Notes: generated from the letters alone by a model not told the origin. A stretch of DNA of 64,000 bases from Felis catus (GCF_018350175.1 NC_058383.1:19532001-19596000); one strand, 5' to 3'. Positions 13,131-27,173 are shown, counted from the stretch's first letter. Numbers and translations: made by a program.

Positions 13131-14059
13131 TAGACTTTTCTAGAAGGGCTGTGGTCACCTGCTCCAAACCCCTCTTTTTTCAGAGTGGGAACAGGCCCAG
13201 AGAGAGGATGCAAGTCGGCCAGGGTGATAGTGCGTTGGCAGTGGAGTGAGTTCTGGAACTTGGGCTTCCTGACCCCTGCCTGACGCTCCTCCGCTTGTCC
13301 CGCAGCGGCTGCTGGGCGAGGGGGACACAAAGGGCTGCGGCCCAGAGCCGCAGGACCCGGCACGAGACGTGTATCCACTTGGGGGCTGTGCCCTCACCTG
13401 CGAACAGAACGATACAGCCAATGTTAGCCATCCCTGGCCCACCCGCCCCGGCCCTCGGCAGGCAGGTGACCGTGGGGCCCCAACACCTCACCGAGCGCTA
13501 GGATGGAATGACAGCCTCCACCTTGCAAGCTCTTTGTGGAGGTGCAAGTGCCCGGCTCATAGCAGCCCTGCAAACACGGGTTGCCTTTGCCCATGCTTCT
13601 TAGTGGGCAGGTCAGACTCTCCTTACGTCGCGGAGAGACAAGGATGTGTAGCGGACAGAGAGCGCTTTTGGAGATGAGAGCTCTTTCCCGTAGTGACACC
13701 AGGGCCTGTGTGATAGTTTAACATTTAGAGCACATCTTCACATAGGACATCTCATTTGGTCCTGGCCAGATGCCTGTGAGGGCAGGCAGGCGGGAGTCCC
13801 TGTTCTCAGTTTATAAGTGGAAGACGGAAGCTCGGAGAGGCCGAGCGTGTGACGTGTGGGCGGCCACAGACCTGACTTGACTCGGGGTTGGCTGACCCCA
13901 AATCCTGCACTGTTAAGAGCCGTCATCACCCAGCAGGTATAAGGAAATCGTACTCTGTGTTTAGCCAAGGCCAGATGTGTTAGAACAGGAGCCTTCCGGC
14001 GACTCTGAACACAGACCTCGTTACAAGCCAGACCTCACGGCCGTCCTCCCTCCCTGCAG

Positions 14060-14141
14060 GGTTTGCCTGGCCGAGGTGTACCAGGATAAAGCACTTGTCG
14101 GGGACTTCATGAATCGAAAGGGCGACTACGAAGACCCAAAG
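14060..14141 (+). CDS. GTF3C1: GTF3C1 exon ([10 protein letters not shown]...DYEDPK)
   Basis: ccctgcag|G, AAG|gtaggc. Confidence 0.92.
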
Positions 14142-15900
14142 GTAGGCCCCCCTGGGTCATCAGGCTCAGCCTGCCCTGAGGGCAGGGGTCTCTGGGTTCC
14201 CGTCTCGTCCTGTGGGTCCCGCAGCGCCTCCGCTGGCCTTACAACATGGATGTTTCTCCCGCGCATCTGGGAGATCGGCTCCTTAGTTCTGTGGGTTTGG
14301 CCCCCGTTTGATGTGGCTCTAGCACCGGTTCTCAGAGGTGGTTAGAATCTGACACGCCACTTTGCAGTTGGGCCTGTTTCGTTAAGAAAATGGCCGCTCT
14401 TCGAAAAGTCCAAACCGCTGGACTCCCTGGAAAGTTAGCAGACAGGACGGGGCCTGAGTTTTCTGGACACTTTGTGGGCGGGCTGGGCCGGCGGCTGACA
14501 GGAGTGAAGCCATCTTTCCAGACCCAGATTCCCTGCCCTGTGGCTCAGAGTCTCCTCATCCCCCGCTTGCCGAGCCAGCCCCGGGCTCTGTGCACGTGTG
14601 TCAGGCCTGGCGCCAGGCAAGGCCGGTCACAGCAGAGACCCAGCCCTTCTCAGGGAGCCCAGGGCAGTGGACAGGCAGAGAAGTGACTCTTCAGAGCAGT
14701 GCAGTCACCCGAGGGGAAAGCCCAGGCCAGCTGAGGTCGCACAGGGAGTACTGAGTACTTTTGGTGCAGATGACGAAACACAACAACCCCACGGGGCTTC
14801 CAGCTGTTTCTCCCACGTGCCCAGCACCTCAGAAGAGGACAGCCCTGTGCGGGCACAGCAAAACAGAGATGTCATCAAGGCCCCACGTTCAGTCTGTCAC
14901 TCGCTCCTGGTCCCTAATGGTCAGTGTTCATCCTCATACTGGCCACCTCGTGGTTGCCCCCTGACAGGTGGAGCTCCGTCCTCACCCCAGAATCCCGGGG
15001 CAGGAAGGATGGGGAGAGGGTGGCACTGGACCCTGGGATCAGGGAGGGGCCAGCCTTGCCCAGAGGCCCCTGAGGTTGCTGTCATTGGTTTAGATTCATC
15101 TTGACTCCTCCTGGGAGGCTGGGCCAATCAGATCGGGGCTGGCTCCAGGCTGAGAACGAATGGGGCCCCGGAAATGGGCTGCCAGCAGCATCTACTGCAG
15201 AGGGCTTCCGAAGGTGTTAGCACTTAGCCTGGACTCCAAAGATGAGGGACCCACCGAGACAGAGGCAGCAAAGGAAGGGGGAACAGGGCGCTGGGGAGGG
15301 GGCCACAATGGGGCAGGAGCATGCCCTCCTCCTGCAGCGTGGGACAGCTTGCCCCCCTGGGGGACGGATTAGAGGTGAGGCAGCAGGGAGAGTGATCTGT
15401 GCCCTAGTCTGGACTGGGCTGGGTGCAGCGCAGGGAGGGAGGGAGCCACTGGGGGTCCACGGTTGAGGGTGGGAGGGGAGGAGGAGGAGGCCGAGGCCGC
15501 TGTGCTCAGGGTGAGCCAGAGAGGAACAGAGCTGGGAAGGGGGAGGCGGCAGGGGAGCACGGGCCGGGCCAGCTGATGGGTGGCGCGCAGCTGTGGGAGG
15601 CTGCAGGGATAGGGTGGGACACACTTGGGCCTTCCTGGGGCCTGGGGCAGAGCTGGCAGTGCAGGAGTGAGGGCTGGCAGCGTGTTCCTTGCCCGAAATC
15701 CCTGGGCCCAGTGGTGTCTGTCACCTTCCCAGGTGGATTCAGCAGGCTCAGGAGGCAGGAAGGCAGAGGAGGTTACGGTTCTCGGTCCACATTTCCGGGG
15801 GGTCGCTGCTGGTAATTTGTGACAAGATTTCCCTTGACGTATCAGCAAAACCTCCCTTCAGGGAGAGAAACGGCTTAATCTCGTTCTGTCATCTTGAAAG

Positions 15901-16013
15901 GTTTGTGCCAATGAGTACAAAGAGTTTGTGGAGAAGCTCAAGGAGAAGTTCAGTTCAGCCCTGAAGAATCCTAATCTTGAAACCCCAGACACACTCCAGG
16001 AGCTGTTTGCCAG
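15901..16013 (+). CDS. GTF3C1: GTF3C1 exon ([17 protein letters not shown]...LQELFA)
   Basis: ttgaaag|GTT, AG|gtaagg. Confidence 0.92.
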
Positions 16014-17754
16014 GTAAGGTTCTTCTGGGAAGTTTCTGTGTGACTCTTATGGGGCAAGAGGAAGAGTCACCGGCCACGGGCGTCTCCCCTGGTCAGCAGT
16101 TCCACGGCCTTGCAGCTGACCTGGCTGTGTCCCCTGACTCTGAACCAGCTCGCCTCCTCTCGTGGGCAACTTGAAAAAGGAGAGGCCAGTGCCATCCCCA
16201 GCACCCCACCGGGCGCCCCCATTCCTTCTCCCACAGAGGCCCTGCTACTGACTTAATCCGGGCTTCTCCGCGCGCCGGGTGTGCTTTTACTAAGATTGCT
16301 CGCTTGACCTAGGAGGACACTCCAGGATAGAAGTAGCCCTCCCGAGGCGGCAGCGCTTGTGACCCACAGGGCCAGGGTTTGAACTTCGACGGTGGGCCTG
16401 ATTCCAGAGCCCCAGCTCTTTCCAGCTCGGCCGCTGGGCGCCTGGAGAACATACTTGGGTCCGAGCACGGAACCCGTGAAGTGTTTTAAGTCTTGAGTTC
16501 TGTGATCCAGGCCTGTTGCCACTGCCTAATTCACCCGTGAATCCCTTCTTACCAGCCCCATCGAGGCGGTCCCTCTGGCCACTAGATGTCTGAATTTCTT
16601 CCTGTGGAGAGGACGTTCATCTGTTGGTTCCTGTTTGGGAACCCTAGGACATGGTTCTAGGGGCATTTAGCCCCAACAGCTTCATCCGGAGATCTCGATC
16701 TTCCATCCGCCCAACAGACAATTTACGTGGTGCCCGCGTATACCAGCGAGCGATTTGTAGTTGTTTTCAGAGTTGACGTCAGTGCCTTCTTTTGTGTTTG
16801 GGGCTCATTTTTGCCGAGTTCCCCAGAACTCTCAAAGGGCATGGTTTATGTTCAGTCTTAAAGGTGTTTCATATAGCCCACATATTTTCAGTAAATTTAC
16901 GAGGCAACTTTTAGTTATAAAAAAAATGCGGTTAAAATAAAGCCTTTTTACTTTTTAAAGGAGAGTTCATGAACCATCTGGAGGAAGGAAGAAGTCCCGC
17001 CCAGTTGTAACAGTTTAACACTAAATTTGATCTGGAGCATTCTGGCAGGACAGGCAAAAAAGAAAATGGATCCAAATACTTTGACTAAAACCAGTTCACA
17101 TTTCCTGTTAACTAAATTTTAGGAAGAATTCACTGTTGCCAAGACAAATTTTGACTTTAGAATTATAGAAGCCAAAGAAATGTCTTGCAAATGAACAGCC
17201 ATTATTTTTTTTAAGTGAGTTCTGCGATTTTGTCGTACATTGAATTGCCTGGCTCTGTAATGCAACGGCTGGCCCATTGGACTTCTCTTCTTGTATTTGT
17301 TTGATTGGTAGGAACACAAACAACATTACTTGAAGCTCAGAAACACAGATGGGGACATAGCCTGCTATCTAATACAGCTACTCCCTCTTTTGAGATATCT
17401 TCTTCCAGACATCTTTCTTATGCTTGTCTTTAATCCTGATGGGCCCACGATTTTAGATCCCCTTCCCTTGACAATTAGCGGTGGCTCTCTGCCAATAGGC
17501 ACTTTTCCGTGTTGCTTCATAATTGTCCATAAATGAACACTCCTCATTTTCTCAACCCTCTTTTTACCAGCGCGCTCGTTTGATGAGCGGAGTATGGTAT
17601 TTTCTCATTGTAATTGACGCGTACGTGTTTGAATGTTAACGAGTTTCACATTTTCTCCAGCACGGTCGCCAGCAAATGGCCACGTTAAGCAAGCATCCGT
17701 GCGGCGAAGGTCTCCTGGTTCCACTGACATGCTCTCCTTTCGTCCCTTATGCAG

Positions 17755-17817
17755 ATACCGAGTTTTGGCGATTGGAGACGAAAAGGATCTGACCAGGAAA
17801 GAGGATGAACTTAATAG
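17755..17817 (+). CDS. GTF3C1: GTF3C1 exon (YRVLAIGDEKDLTRKEDELN)
   Basis: ttatgcag|A, AG|gtaggt. Confidence 0.92.
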
Positions 17818-17884
17818 GTAGGTACTGATTTACTGAGTGCCTTTCCCTCAGCCCATGATGCCGGCTGCCTGCGGCCTAGCACAG

Positions 17885-18082
17885 GAGACACCCTGGGCCC
17901 GACCTGGCCTGCCAGCCGTCTTTGAAGGTGAAGTTGTGTGCGAACGCGGCCTGTTCTGTGGGTCGTCTGTGCTGGTTTCATCCTGCAACATCAGGTCAAG
18001 TGACTATGGCAGAGACCACACAGCCCTCGAAGACCGAAATATTTATTATCTGGCCCTTTCCGGGAAAAGCTTGCCCACCCGA
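17885..18082. mobile_element. MER58A-like DNA transposon
   Basis: End motif aaatatttattatctggccctttccgggaaaagcttgccc. Confidence 0.65.
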
Positions 18083-18291
18083 CCCTCACATAGCAGTGGC
18101 TTAGCCTTAAAGTGAGTTGAGGAGACAGTTTCAATTCTCAGCCCGTGAGCTTTCCTCGCAAAGCTCTGATTAGAAAGCTCAGCTGGTTTTTCTCATGTTG
18201 GATAACCAAGATTCAGTTTGATTTTAGCTCTACATTTCAATGAGAAGCCTCTCCTTTTTGGAGAAGAACTTGTTGGAGGTTGGATGAAAAT

Positions 18292-18376
18292 GGGGCACGT
18301 GGCTGGGCCAGTCAGTGGAGCGTGCTACTCTTGATCTCATAGGTAGGTAGGTAGGTAGGTAGGTAGGTAGGTAGGT
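18292..18376 (+). mobile_element. Truncated CanSINE head fused to a (TAGG)n microsatellite
   Basis: ggggcacgtggctgg..cagtcagtggagcgtgctactcttgatctc followed by about 9 TAGG units. Confidence 0.7.
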
Positions 18377-18671
18377 GCACTGAAAAAAATCTCAGCCCTA
18401 ACTACATTTGTCAGTTGTCACGTACACCTGTTTCCAGGGTACGGCACCACTTACCCACTAGACTCAAACGTTTTTTCCTGCAAACATGGAGCGGTTAGTA
18501 AGGCTTAAAAACCACCATGTGTTTTGTTTTGGTTTATGAATAGTCTAGGCATTCATAGCACTTTCATGGGATGCAGCACTTTTTGGAAACAAGAACTGAA
18601 TCCACCCAAAGTGAGCAGTGCCCGTGGCCCGCGGCCTCACGTGCTCTGCCGCCCACCCCACTGTCTTTCAG

Positions 18672-18765
18672 CGTGGATGACATCCACTTCCTGGTGCTCC
18701 AGAACCTGGTCCAGAGCACGCTGGCCCTCTCAGACAGCCAGATGGAGTCCTGCCGGTCGTTTCAG
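18672..18765 (+). CDS. GTF3C1: GTF3C1 exon ([19 protein letters not shown]...RSFQ)
   Basis: ctttcag|C, CAG|gtgggt. Confidence 0.92.
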
Positions 18766-19584
18766 GTGGGTAGTGGGCACCTGGCGGCAGCTTTGCGGGA
18801 GCGCTGTGGGGCTCGCCCTGTCAGAGGCGGGAGCCGAGGGAGGCCCTCCTCGCTCATTCTCTTCTCAGCTGTGCGGTCTCGGGGGTCCGATTTCCCCTGA
18901 GACTCGCGCCCTCACTTCTTTGATCTTGGAAGTGTGGCGGCAGGATCCAGTGACCGTCCCCCCGAATCCTTCCTGTGCTGAGGTTTAAGGCAGAAACTTA
19001 GGCAGAAGAGGAGGTGAGCCGTGACAAAGGACTGAGGCAGCAATTGAGCTGTACAGCTTATCTTCTCAAATCAGAACTTCTAAATGTCGAGATACTTTGA
19101 TCCCTGGAGATCACCGTGCGGGAAGCCTGCCTTTCTCTGGGCCACGAGCTTAGATCTCTCCTGAGAACGTCTTAGAACGTCATGCTGCTTTATCTTGGCT
19201 GAGTGAGGGTGGAGGGCAGGCAGGCGCTTCTCCTTGAACCCCATCCCGAGCCTGGGGAGGTGCTGGTATTAATTAGCACTCGCTACAAACAGGAAACTTG
19301 CGTTTCCCAGGGCGCGAAAAAGCAAACGCCCACGATCACACGACTCTCCGTCGACCCAGAGTCCATGTGGCTCCAGGGCCCCAGCGGAGAAGTGCTCAGA
19401 AGGACCTGCCCCCCACCCGAAGCCAGTGCCTCCCTTGTTTTTGATGGTCGCACAGGTGTATTCCAAGTGGAGCCTATTTACTTTTGTATTTGACCTCCAA
19501 ATCTGAAACTCAGTTTACGTTACCAAATCAGCCCAGTTTGGAACACGAGAGGGACAAATATGAAAAAAAGGGATGGTATTATTT

Positions 19585-19826
19585 CTTTTTTTTTATTTGC
19601 TTCTATTTTTTTTTTTTTATTTTTTTTTAACATTTATTTTTGAGACAGAGAGAGACTGAGCATGAATGGGGGAGGGTCAGGAGACAGGGAGACACAGAAT
19701 CTGAAACAGGCTCCAGGCTCTGAGCTATCAGCACAGAGGCCGATGCGGGGCTCGAACTCACGGACCACGAGATCATGACCTGAGCCGAAGTCGGACGCTC
19801 AACCGACTGAGCCACCCAGGCGCCCC
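19585..19826 (-). mobile_element. CanSINE
   Basis: Full consensus in reverse orientation. Confidence 0.95.
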
Positions 19827-22000
19827 TGTTTCTAATCCCACTGATGAGTTCAGACAGGTAGTGTCCCAAACTTTGGGTACCTCCTCATCCACCAGGGAGC
19901 CCTTGCAGCATGTGGCCCCCAGGCCCCGCGCCCAGAGACCGCAGAGGGGGTGGGATCCTCACAAGCATGCTGCCGGCCCCAGGATTCTGACCAGGGTCCT
20001 CGGAGCACCCTGGGGGAAGACACAGTGTAGACCCAGCTTGGACACTGCACGTATCTTCCAGATGGTGCTTGTTACTTTGGCCACAGAGGAGATGAGGAGC
20101 ACTGGGGGGAAACGGAGCGATTTAGGGAAAATACGTGACCCCGTGTGACCTGGTGGCGCTTCAGAGCACCACCCCGGCCCGAGTCCTTTTACAGCAACGG
20201 CCAGGCCTCTGCAGACTCAAGACTGAACGCTCTTTCCATGATCCGTGAGATGCAGCTGTGGTGGAGGGGTCCCCAGTCATCCTGTTCTTGCCCCCCTCGG
20301 TGCCACGCAGCACTTGAGCCACGTTTATTCACGCGACGTGTGTACGTCTCAGAGTGGGAGGCTGGTGGTGGTGCCTCGCCCCTCCTGCATCCCAGCACTT
20401 TACAGATAAAGAGGGCAAAGCCTTGTGGGAGCCTCAACACACAGAGAACAAGAATGGAACGGGGTGGGGGGGGGGCAGAAGTCCCAAGCAGACGGCCCCC
20501 AGTCTGGCCCTGGCTCTGTCTTGTCAGACCCAAGCTTGTTTAAAAAGAAAAAAAAAATGTTTTTAATTTACTGCCAGCATTGCCCATGAAGATCCCAATT
20601 TCCGACTTTATACCTGTGGCCATGGAGGGACCTTTTGGCTCTTCTGCCCAGCAGGGATTCGAGCTGGACGGGACCTCGGGGGTCAGTCCAACCGCTCATC
20701 ACACAAGCAAGCCCAGCCCCAGAGTTAACGGCCAAAGCCAGGTCCCCGCGTCCCAGCCAGGGCCTCGTCCCCCGCGTCATCCTGCTGCTGTCCCTCCTCC
20801 GGTTCCGTTGGCAGGCGGCGTCTGGGTTCTGGTGGGTGGTGCCGAAGGCCTCATCACTCTCCTTGCCCCCCGGGGGCGTGGGAAGTTGCGTGAGGCAGTG
20901 CCTGGGCCACAGCAAGAGGCGGGTGCTTCGTCCGTGACTGCCCCGCTGGCACTGAACGCCGGAGGGCCATCGGGGATGAGGTCAGAGGCCTTATACGGGA
21001 CCCCACAAGGCTCCCTGCAGCCGCAAACTTCCGGAGGTGCTCTGCAGGGAAGCAGCCACTTCCGGGGGGGCCGTGGTCGACTGTCTGCCTCTCGCATATC
21101 TGGCAGGCTGGGCCACACTCGCTCACTCCCCAGGCTTGGTGTGAGTGCTCCTGCACCAGCAGTCATCTGGGGAGCATGCCCATCACACAAGGCTTTTCTT
21201 TTTTTCCTTTCTTTTTTTAAATACAATTATCGTCGAGTTGACTAACATACAGTGTGTACAGTGTGGTTTTGGGGGTAGGTTACAGGGCTTTTCACAGGAA
21301 GTGGAGGCCAGCTCCTCCCTCCCCAGAGGAGAGGAATGATGGCAAATTGGCCCCTCCCCCGCCTCTTTCCCCCTGCCCCACGCAGTGCTTTCCCTTCAGG
21401 CCTGATGGTCTGTGCACCATGCCTGACGTCAAAGCTCTGTCTAGAGACATCGAGGGTGGTGTGTGGGCCTCAGACTGACAAGACCCAGTGTGTGCCCAGA
21501 TCCCCCTCCGGCCAGCACCCCGACTGACTCCTGCCTTGGCTCTGCTGATCTCCTAAGTCCCTCTGCCATGGCACAGTGGTGAGGTCACTGGACTTGAGGG
21601 TGAGGCCTCGTTCTCGCCCCTTCTTGGTCCCACCCCTGCCCAGCAATGTGGCCTCGGAAGCTCCCTCGAAGTCCACGAGCCTCTGTCTTCTCTGGCACTC
21701 GTGGTTCTGGGGGCGATGCGGCAGAGAACCTTCCGAGCCTAAAATGCTCAGACTGTGACCATACTTTTTCCTGGCCAGCACTTTTGAGGAGACAGGCCTA
21801 GCAGGAACTGTCCTGGGGTCTAGTGGATGCTGGACATTTGCCGTTGGGCCAGTTGGCCAGATGGTGTGGACGGAGTAAAGCGGACGTGTTTGGGAACATA
21901 CTGTGTGGGCGGAGCCAACCAGACGTACTAATGGGCTGAGTGAGGAGTAGGGAAAAGGGTGATATCAGAGATGATTCTCCGTTGACTCCCACTGTCTTTT

Positions 22001-22222
22001 TTTTTTATTAAAAAAAAATCTTTTTAACGTTTATTTATTTTTGAGACAGAGACAGAGCATGAACGGGGGAGGGTCAGAGAGAGGGAGACACAGAATCTGA
22101 AACAGGCTCCAGGCTCTGAGCTGTCAGCACAGAGCCCGATGCGGGGCTTGAACTCACGGACCGTGAGGTCATGACCTGAGCCGAAGTCGGCCGCTTAACC
22201 TACTGAGTCACCCAGGCGCCCC
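22001..22222 (-). mobile_element. CanSINE with TSD ACTCCCACTGTCTTTT
   Basis: Consensus plus flanking direct repeat. Confidence 0.95.
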
Positions 22223-22436
22223 AACTCCCACTGTCTTTTTATCCAAGACTTAGCTGTGGGGTGCAGAGCAGTCCTTTCTCCCAGCTGCCTGTCCCTCTCT
22301 GTAGTCTCTGGGGTGAGACGTGATGGGAGGGAGACGTTTGAGGGTCGGAACTGCTGGCTTCCTCTGGGCACTCTCGCACCACACCCCCAGGTGTCCTTGT
22401 CCCCCTGTGGGCCCCTCCTCTACAGACCAGCTGTAG

Positions 22437-22676
<240 letters not shown>

Positions 22677-24026
22677 TGAGCCCTGGGGGGGGGGGGGGGG
22701 GGCGCTGGGGAAGGCGCAGGGTGTCACCTCCAGGGGGCGTGGGGCCCTCCCGTGGCCGCAAGTGCAGGGTGCAGCTTCTGGAACGAGTTTCCTTCTCTGC
22801 GCCTGTGCCACCTGCTGTGGGGATAAGGGCAGTGCTCGCAATGGTTTGTTCTGGGACATTTACCAAAATGGGTTTCTAACGTAACAATTCGACTAACGGC
22901 ACAGCCTCGTGGTCGGGCCTAATCGGTCATTCTCACAGCTCAGAGCTGCTCCGGGCTTCATCTTGAAGCCATCCCATATTTTCCAGACTCCGTTTGCAGC
23001 GCACCAGCCACCTGAGTGGTGGTTTGGGATGCTGTGAGTCACCTTCCGGAGCGCCTCCCGACGGGAGCACCCCTCACAGCGTGGTCCGCGGCCGGCGTGG
23101 CTGGTCTTGGTCACCCGCTCCGCATTTTGTGCCACTGGCCTCCTTAACCACACGCATGGAGAGGAAATCTGTGGGACAGTCCCGGGAGTCTCCTCTCCTT
23201 GGCAGCCCTCGGCCTTGGCTGGCCCCCTCTTCTCCAGGCTGTTCTCCTTGTCCATCCTCAGATCTGCACTGAGGTCGTCAAAAGCAGAAGAGCAGCAAAA
23301 TGAGGGGGTTTGGGTTTTCTTAGGCATCCCTTTGCCCGTAACTCCAGACGCCCACGCCTTTCTTGAAGGCCCCTCCCGAGTGACCTTCTGCGCCCTTTGC
23401 CTTCCTGGGATGCTGCCTGCTGCAGTAAAAAGAGCCGTGGCTTGGGAGGCAAGAGACACGGGTCCAGGTCCAGCAAGGCCACTTCTCGACCGTTTTTCCC
23501 CTGCAGCATTCTAGTCTGTGAGCCAAGGGGTGGTGTTCACATCAGGAAGACCTCCGGGTCCCTCCCTGGGACCTGGGCCCGCATTACAGCGATATGGGAA
23601 GGCACGCTTGTGGACAGAGACCAGGCCTTGACTGTGCAGCCGCCTCATGGAGACAGTGAGACGGACACACTCGTGTCCGCTCATCTCCCCGTGGTTCAGG
23701 GCTTGCCTCGCGTAAAGGTTACCGTTAACAAAACGTGCATCCGCCTTCCCCAATTTGACGCCTGTTCATAGCGAAAGGCTGCGAGGCGTGGAGTAGCGGG
23801 TTAGATGAAAGGCCACGGCCCCTCGGTGCGGGTGTCCGGTGAGCAGGGAAGGCACACGCAGAGGGGATTGGAACGCGGCGCCCTCACAGAGGCGGAAAAG
23901 AGGGCTTTGCGGGGGTGCTGGCGTGGCCAGTTTTGGCGAGGGTCTGAAGCGCCCATAGCCCATCCACGCGAAGCCCTCCAACATCCCGTCCTCAGTTTGG
24001 ACCTTACCTCCGTTTCGTCCACACAG

Positions 24027-24314
24027 GATTTTTACTTGGCGATTTCCAAGCACCGTCTGCACAGAATCGTTCCAGTTCTTCAAGAAAATCCTGGCCGCCG
24101 GCAAGTTGGACCAGCCTGATAATTTTTCCTTCAAAGACCAGGATAATAATGAGCCTGCACGCGACATGGTGGCATTTTCTCTGGACGGCCCCGGAGGACA
24201 CTGTGTGGCCGCCCTGACCCTCTTCTCTCTGGGCCTCATTTCCGTGGACGTCCGGATCCCGGAGCAGATCGTGGTGGTGGACAGCTCCATGGTGGAGAAC
24301 GAGGTCATTAAGAG
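24027..24314 (+). CDS. GTF3C1: GTF3C1 exon ([11 protein letters not shown]...ENEVIK)
   Basis: cacacag|G, AG|gtaagg. Confidence 0.93.
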
Positions 24315-24484
24315 GTAAGGGCTGGGGTGTGAGCAGGTGGGGCACGCACGCTGCTCTGAGCGCAGCCGGGGCTCCGGCACCGGGGGCTTCCTCTCAGGGC
24401 CACGGCATCACAGCAGCCACGCCCTGGGGGAGTGGCCACGCCCCGGCTCGTGCGCGGTCCCCTAGGTCCGTTTTCCTCTCCCAG

Positions 24485-24744
24485 CCTGGGGAAGGACGGG
24501 GGCTTGGACGAGGATGACGACGAAGAGGAAGACCTGGACGAGGGCTCTGGGGGCAAGCACCGGGCCATCGAGGTGAAAGCCCGCCAGGCCTCCCACACCA
24601 ACTACCTGCTGATGCGGGGCTACTGCGCGCCCGGCATCGTCAGCACCCGCAACCTGAACCCCAACGACAGCATCGTGGTGAACTCCTGTCTGGTGAAGTT
24701 CCGGCTCCGCCGCACCCAGGCGCCCACCCGGCTCTGGCCCATCG
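24485..24744 (+). CDS. GTF3C1: GTF3C1 exon ([16 protein letters not shown]...[13 protein letters not shown]...WPI)
   Basis: ctcccag|C, G|gtgagt. Confidence 0.93.
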
Positions 24745-25727
24745 GTGAGTGGCACCGGCCGCCCCACGCTCCGACCCCCCTCGCCCACCCCCGGGCCTCG
24801 AGGGGGAGCCTCCGCTGGCCAGCCCTTCCCCTCCTGGGCCACCCCCCCAGGGGCCAGGGGCCGTGTTAGAGCGGACCCCGTCTTCTGTTCCTTTCCCTCA
24901 GTCCCACGTGCAGGCCTACAGCCTCAGGTGGCCCCCTGGGCCCCGTGTCCTGGCCCACTCCCACGCAGCCTTGTCATACTGCCGGTTCCCTCCATCGCTT
25001 GAAATCACATACTTTCACAAACTGCTTACGTGTCACTTCTGACCTCTTGCTAGGACAATCGGGTGTTCGGCTGATACTCATTGTCTGTTACCTCCCTCAT
25101 TTACACTTTTTATACTCTTTCTGTCTCTTCTGTTAATTACGTCTGAAGCTCTAAGTAGCCTGCTTAAACCTTCCGTTCCCACATACCCTGAACGTGAGGC
25201 AGTCTCTTCCTCTCCCCCCACAGAAAGTGAACACATTCGGGCCCCTTCCCACCCCTTTCCTGCCTCCGCCTTTCCTTCGCCTTCCCCCGTCGGGCTGCAC
25301 GGTGTTTACTTTCAGTGTCAGAACCCCAGTTAGTGTTCTGTGCTCTGTCTGGAGTTTGGCTTGGGCGAAAACGTGGTCCGTGTGACCGTGGTCGTGGCAG
25401 AGACAGCTTTTACGGGAAGAACGCACACCGGCCCCGCTTGCGAGAGCACACGTGGGAGTTGGGGGCGGGGGCCCGCGATGTCTCCTGGGGTCTGAGGAGC
25501 AGGGAACACGGGAGCACCGACAAGGCAGGGCCCCCTCCGGGGCTCCGAGGCTGCACTTCTCACACCCTGGCCCCAAGGGACATCAAGGGACACTTGTCGG
25601 GAGCCTGACTGCCAGGGGCTGTGCCCTGTGCAGCCAGAGGGTGACCCCTTGCTGTCCAGGGGGCAGTGAGCTGGCGTTGGAGCCCGTGCTCCGGTGTGGG
25701 CTGATTCGGGTCTCCCTGTCTTCACAG

Positions 25728-26008
25728 TCACATCTCTGGAAGAGCTCCCCGTGGGAATATCCTGCCTCCCCGACACTTTCACCAGGCTGATCAACAGCCA
25801 GGAGGGCCCCTGCAGCTTGGATGAGTTTGTCCACCAGGTGGAGCTGTCCGGGTATGAACCTGGAGACGTGTGCGCGGCCCTGGAGGTCCAGGGGGCCATT
25901 GCAGCCACGGGGTGCTTCGGGGTAGACCGAGTGGAGCTGAGCAGGTGGTTCTCCGCCTTCGAGGGGACAGATGGCGAGCGCACCAGGACCTTCGCAGACT
26001 ACGTCCAG
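25728..26008 (+). CDS. GTF3C1: GTF3C1 exon (TSLEELPVG...TFADYVQ)
   Basis: cttcacag|TC, CAG|gtgagc. Confidence 0.9.
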
Positions 26009-27173
26009 GTGAGCCGTGCTCTCGGGTCACCTGGGGCGGCTGCAGCTCAGGGGCCGGATGCACACAGTGGGTGGGCGTGGCTTGGGATGCGTGGTGGAAT
26101 TACTTGCCAAGATTAAAAATAGGAGATTTTGCCTAAAACCCAGCTTTGGGATGTTAGAAGGTCTGGCAGCCTGGGCCCCGGTGCTTCAGCCACACAGCAC
26201 GGTTGGACAGAGCCAAGTAGGGCCATGTCCGCGGCCGTGACTCCTGGGGATCCTGCCCCTGGCCCCGAGTACTCACCCCTCTACCTGCCTGGGCCCAGTT
26301 TCATCAGGCACCCTTGAACCCAGAGAATGTCAAAACAGATGGACCTCTTAAATCAAGTGCCGTGGGGCCTGGCTCGCCCTCCTGTGTGTCGTCCGTAGTT
26401 GGAAGCAGTGGGATGCATGTCAGCTATCGGTGATGTCACAGAGATGCCTGCCTTGCAGCGTTCATGGTGGGGGAGGAGAGTAGAGACCAGTGTTCCTGGT
26501 TATCAAACCAGTTTTTAGGAGCACAGGACAGGAGAGAGGGGTCGTGACGACCATTCACGTGGTGTTTCACTGGTCACATAACTCCTGCCTCTGGAGCTCT
26601 AGGAGGTAAACCGACACGGGTCAGGCGGCTCCCTGTGTTCCCTGCTGCCCAGCCCCGGGCCCCAGGTGGCGAGTGCCCGCATCACCCTCCCCACCAGTCC
26701 TGCCTGATCTGGTTTCGGGACGTGAACTGGGGCAAGTTTCTTGAACCCTGACCTATGGGTTTTCGAATCTGGAAATGAAAAGAAGGACCACCCAGCGTTG
26801 GTGCAGTGCCTAGATCAGAACGAGGACCTCGGAAGCAGGGCTTGGCATAAGTACGAGAGGAGTTCCCGCCATTCATGTGGGAACGGTCATGGCCTTTACA
26901 GAGCTCGGGGCGTTGAGTCCCCTGGAGGACGCTTTGATGGCCGCGTCAAGGGCACAGCTTCGGTTCCCCGAAGTTCACACCAAGCCTAGAGAGGGCCACA
27001 CGGCCAGCTGGCACCCACCTGGGGCTGGAAGGCAGACCTGGGCCCCGAGTTGTCCGTCCTGGAGGGACTGGGCTTGCCGTTTGCTCAGGGCATTCAGACA
27101 CATCGGGCAAGGGAAGCGGGCGTGAGGGTCGTGGGGTCCCCCACAGACCCAGTGTGTCCCCCGCTTCTCCTAG

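Noticed and set aside
20580..21245. 221-aa intronic ORF and its antisense partners
   Set aside because: G/P/A/R-rich composition expected by chance at this GC content; not needed for GTF3C1 phase; no recognisable family.
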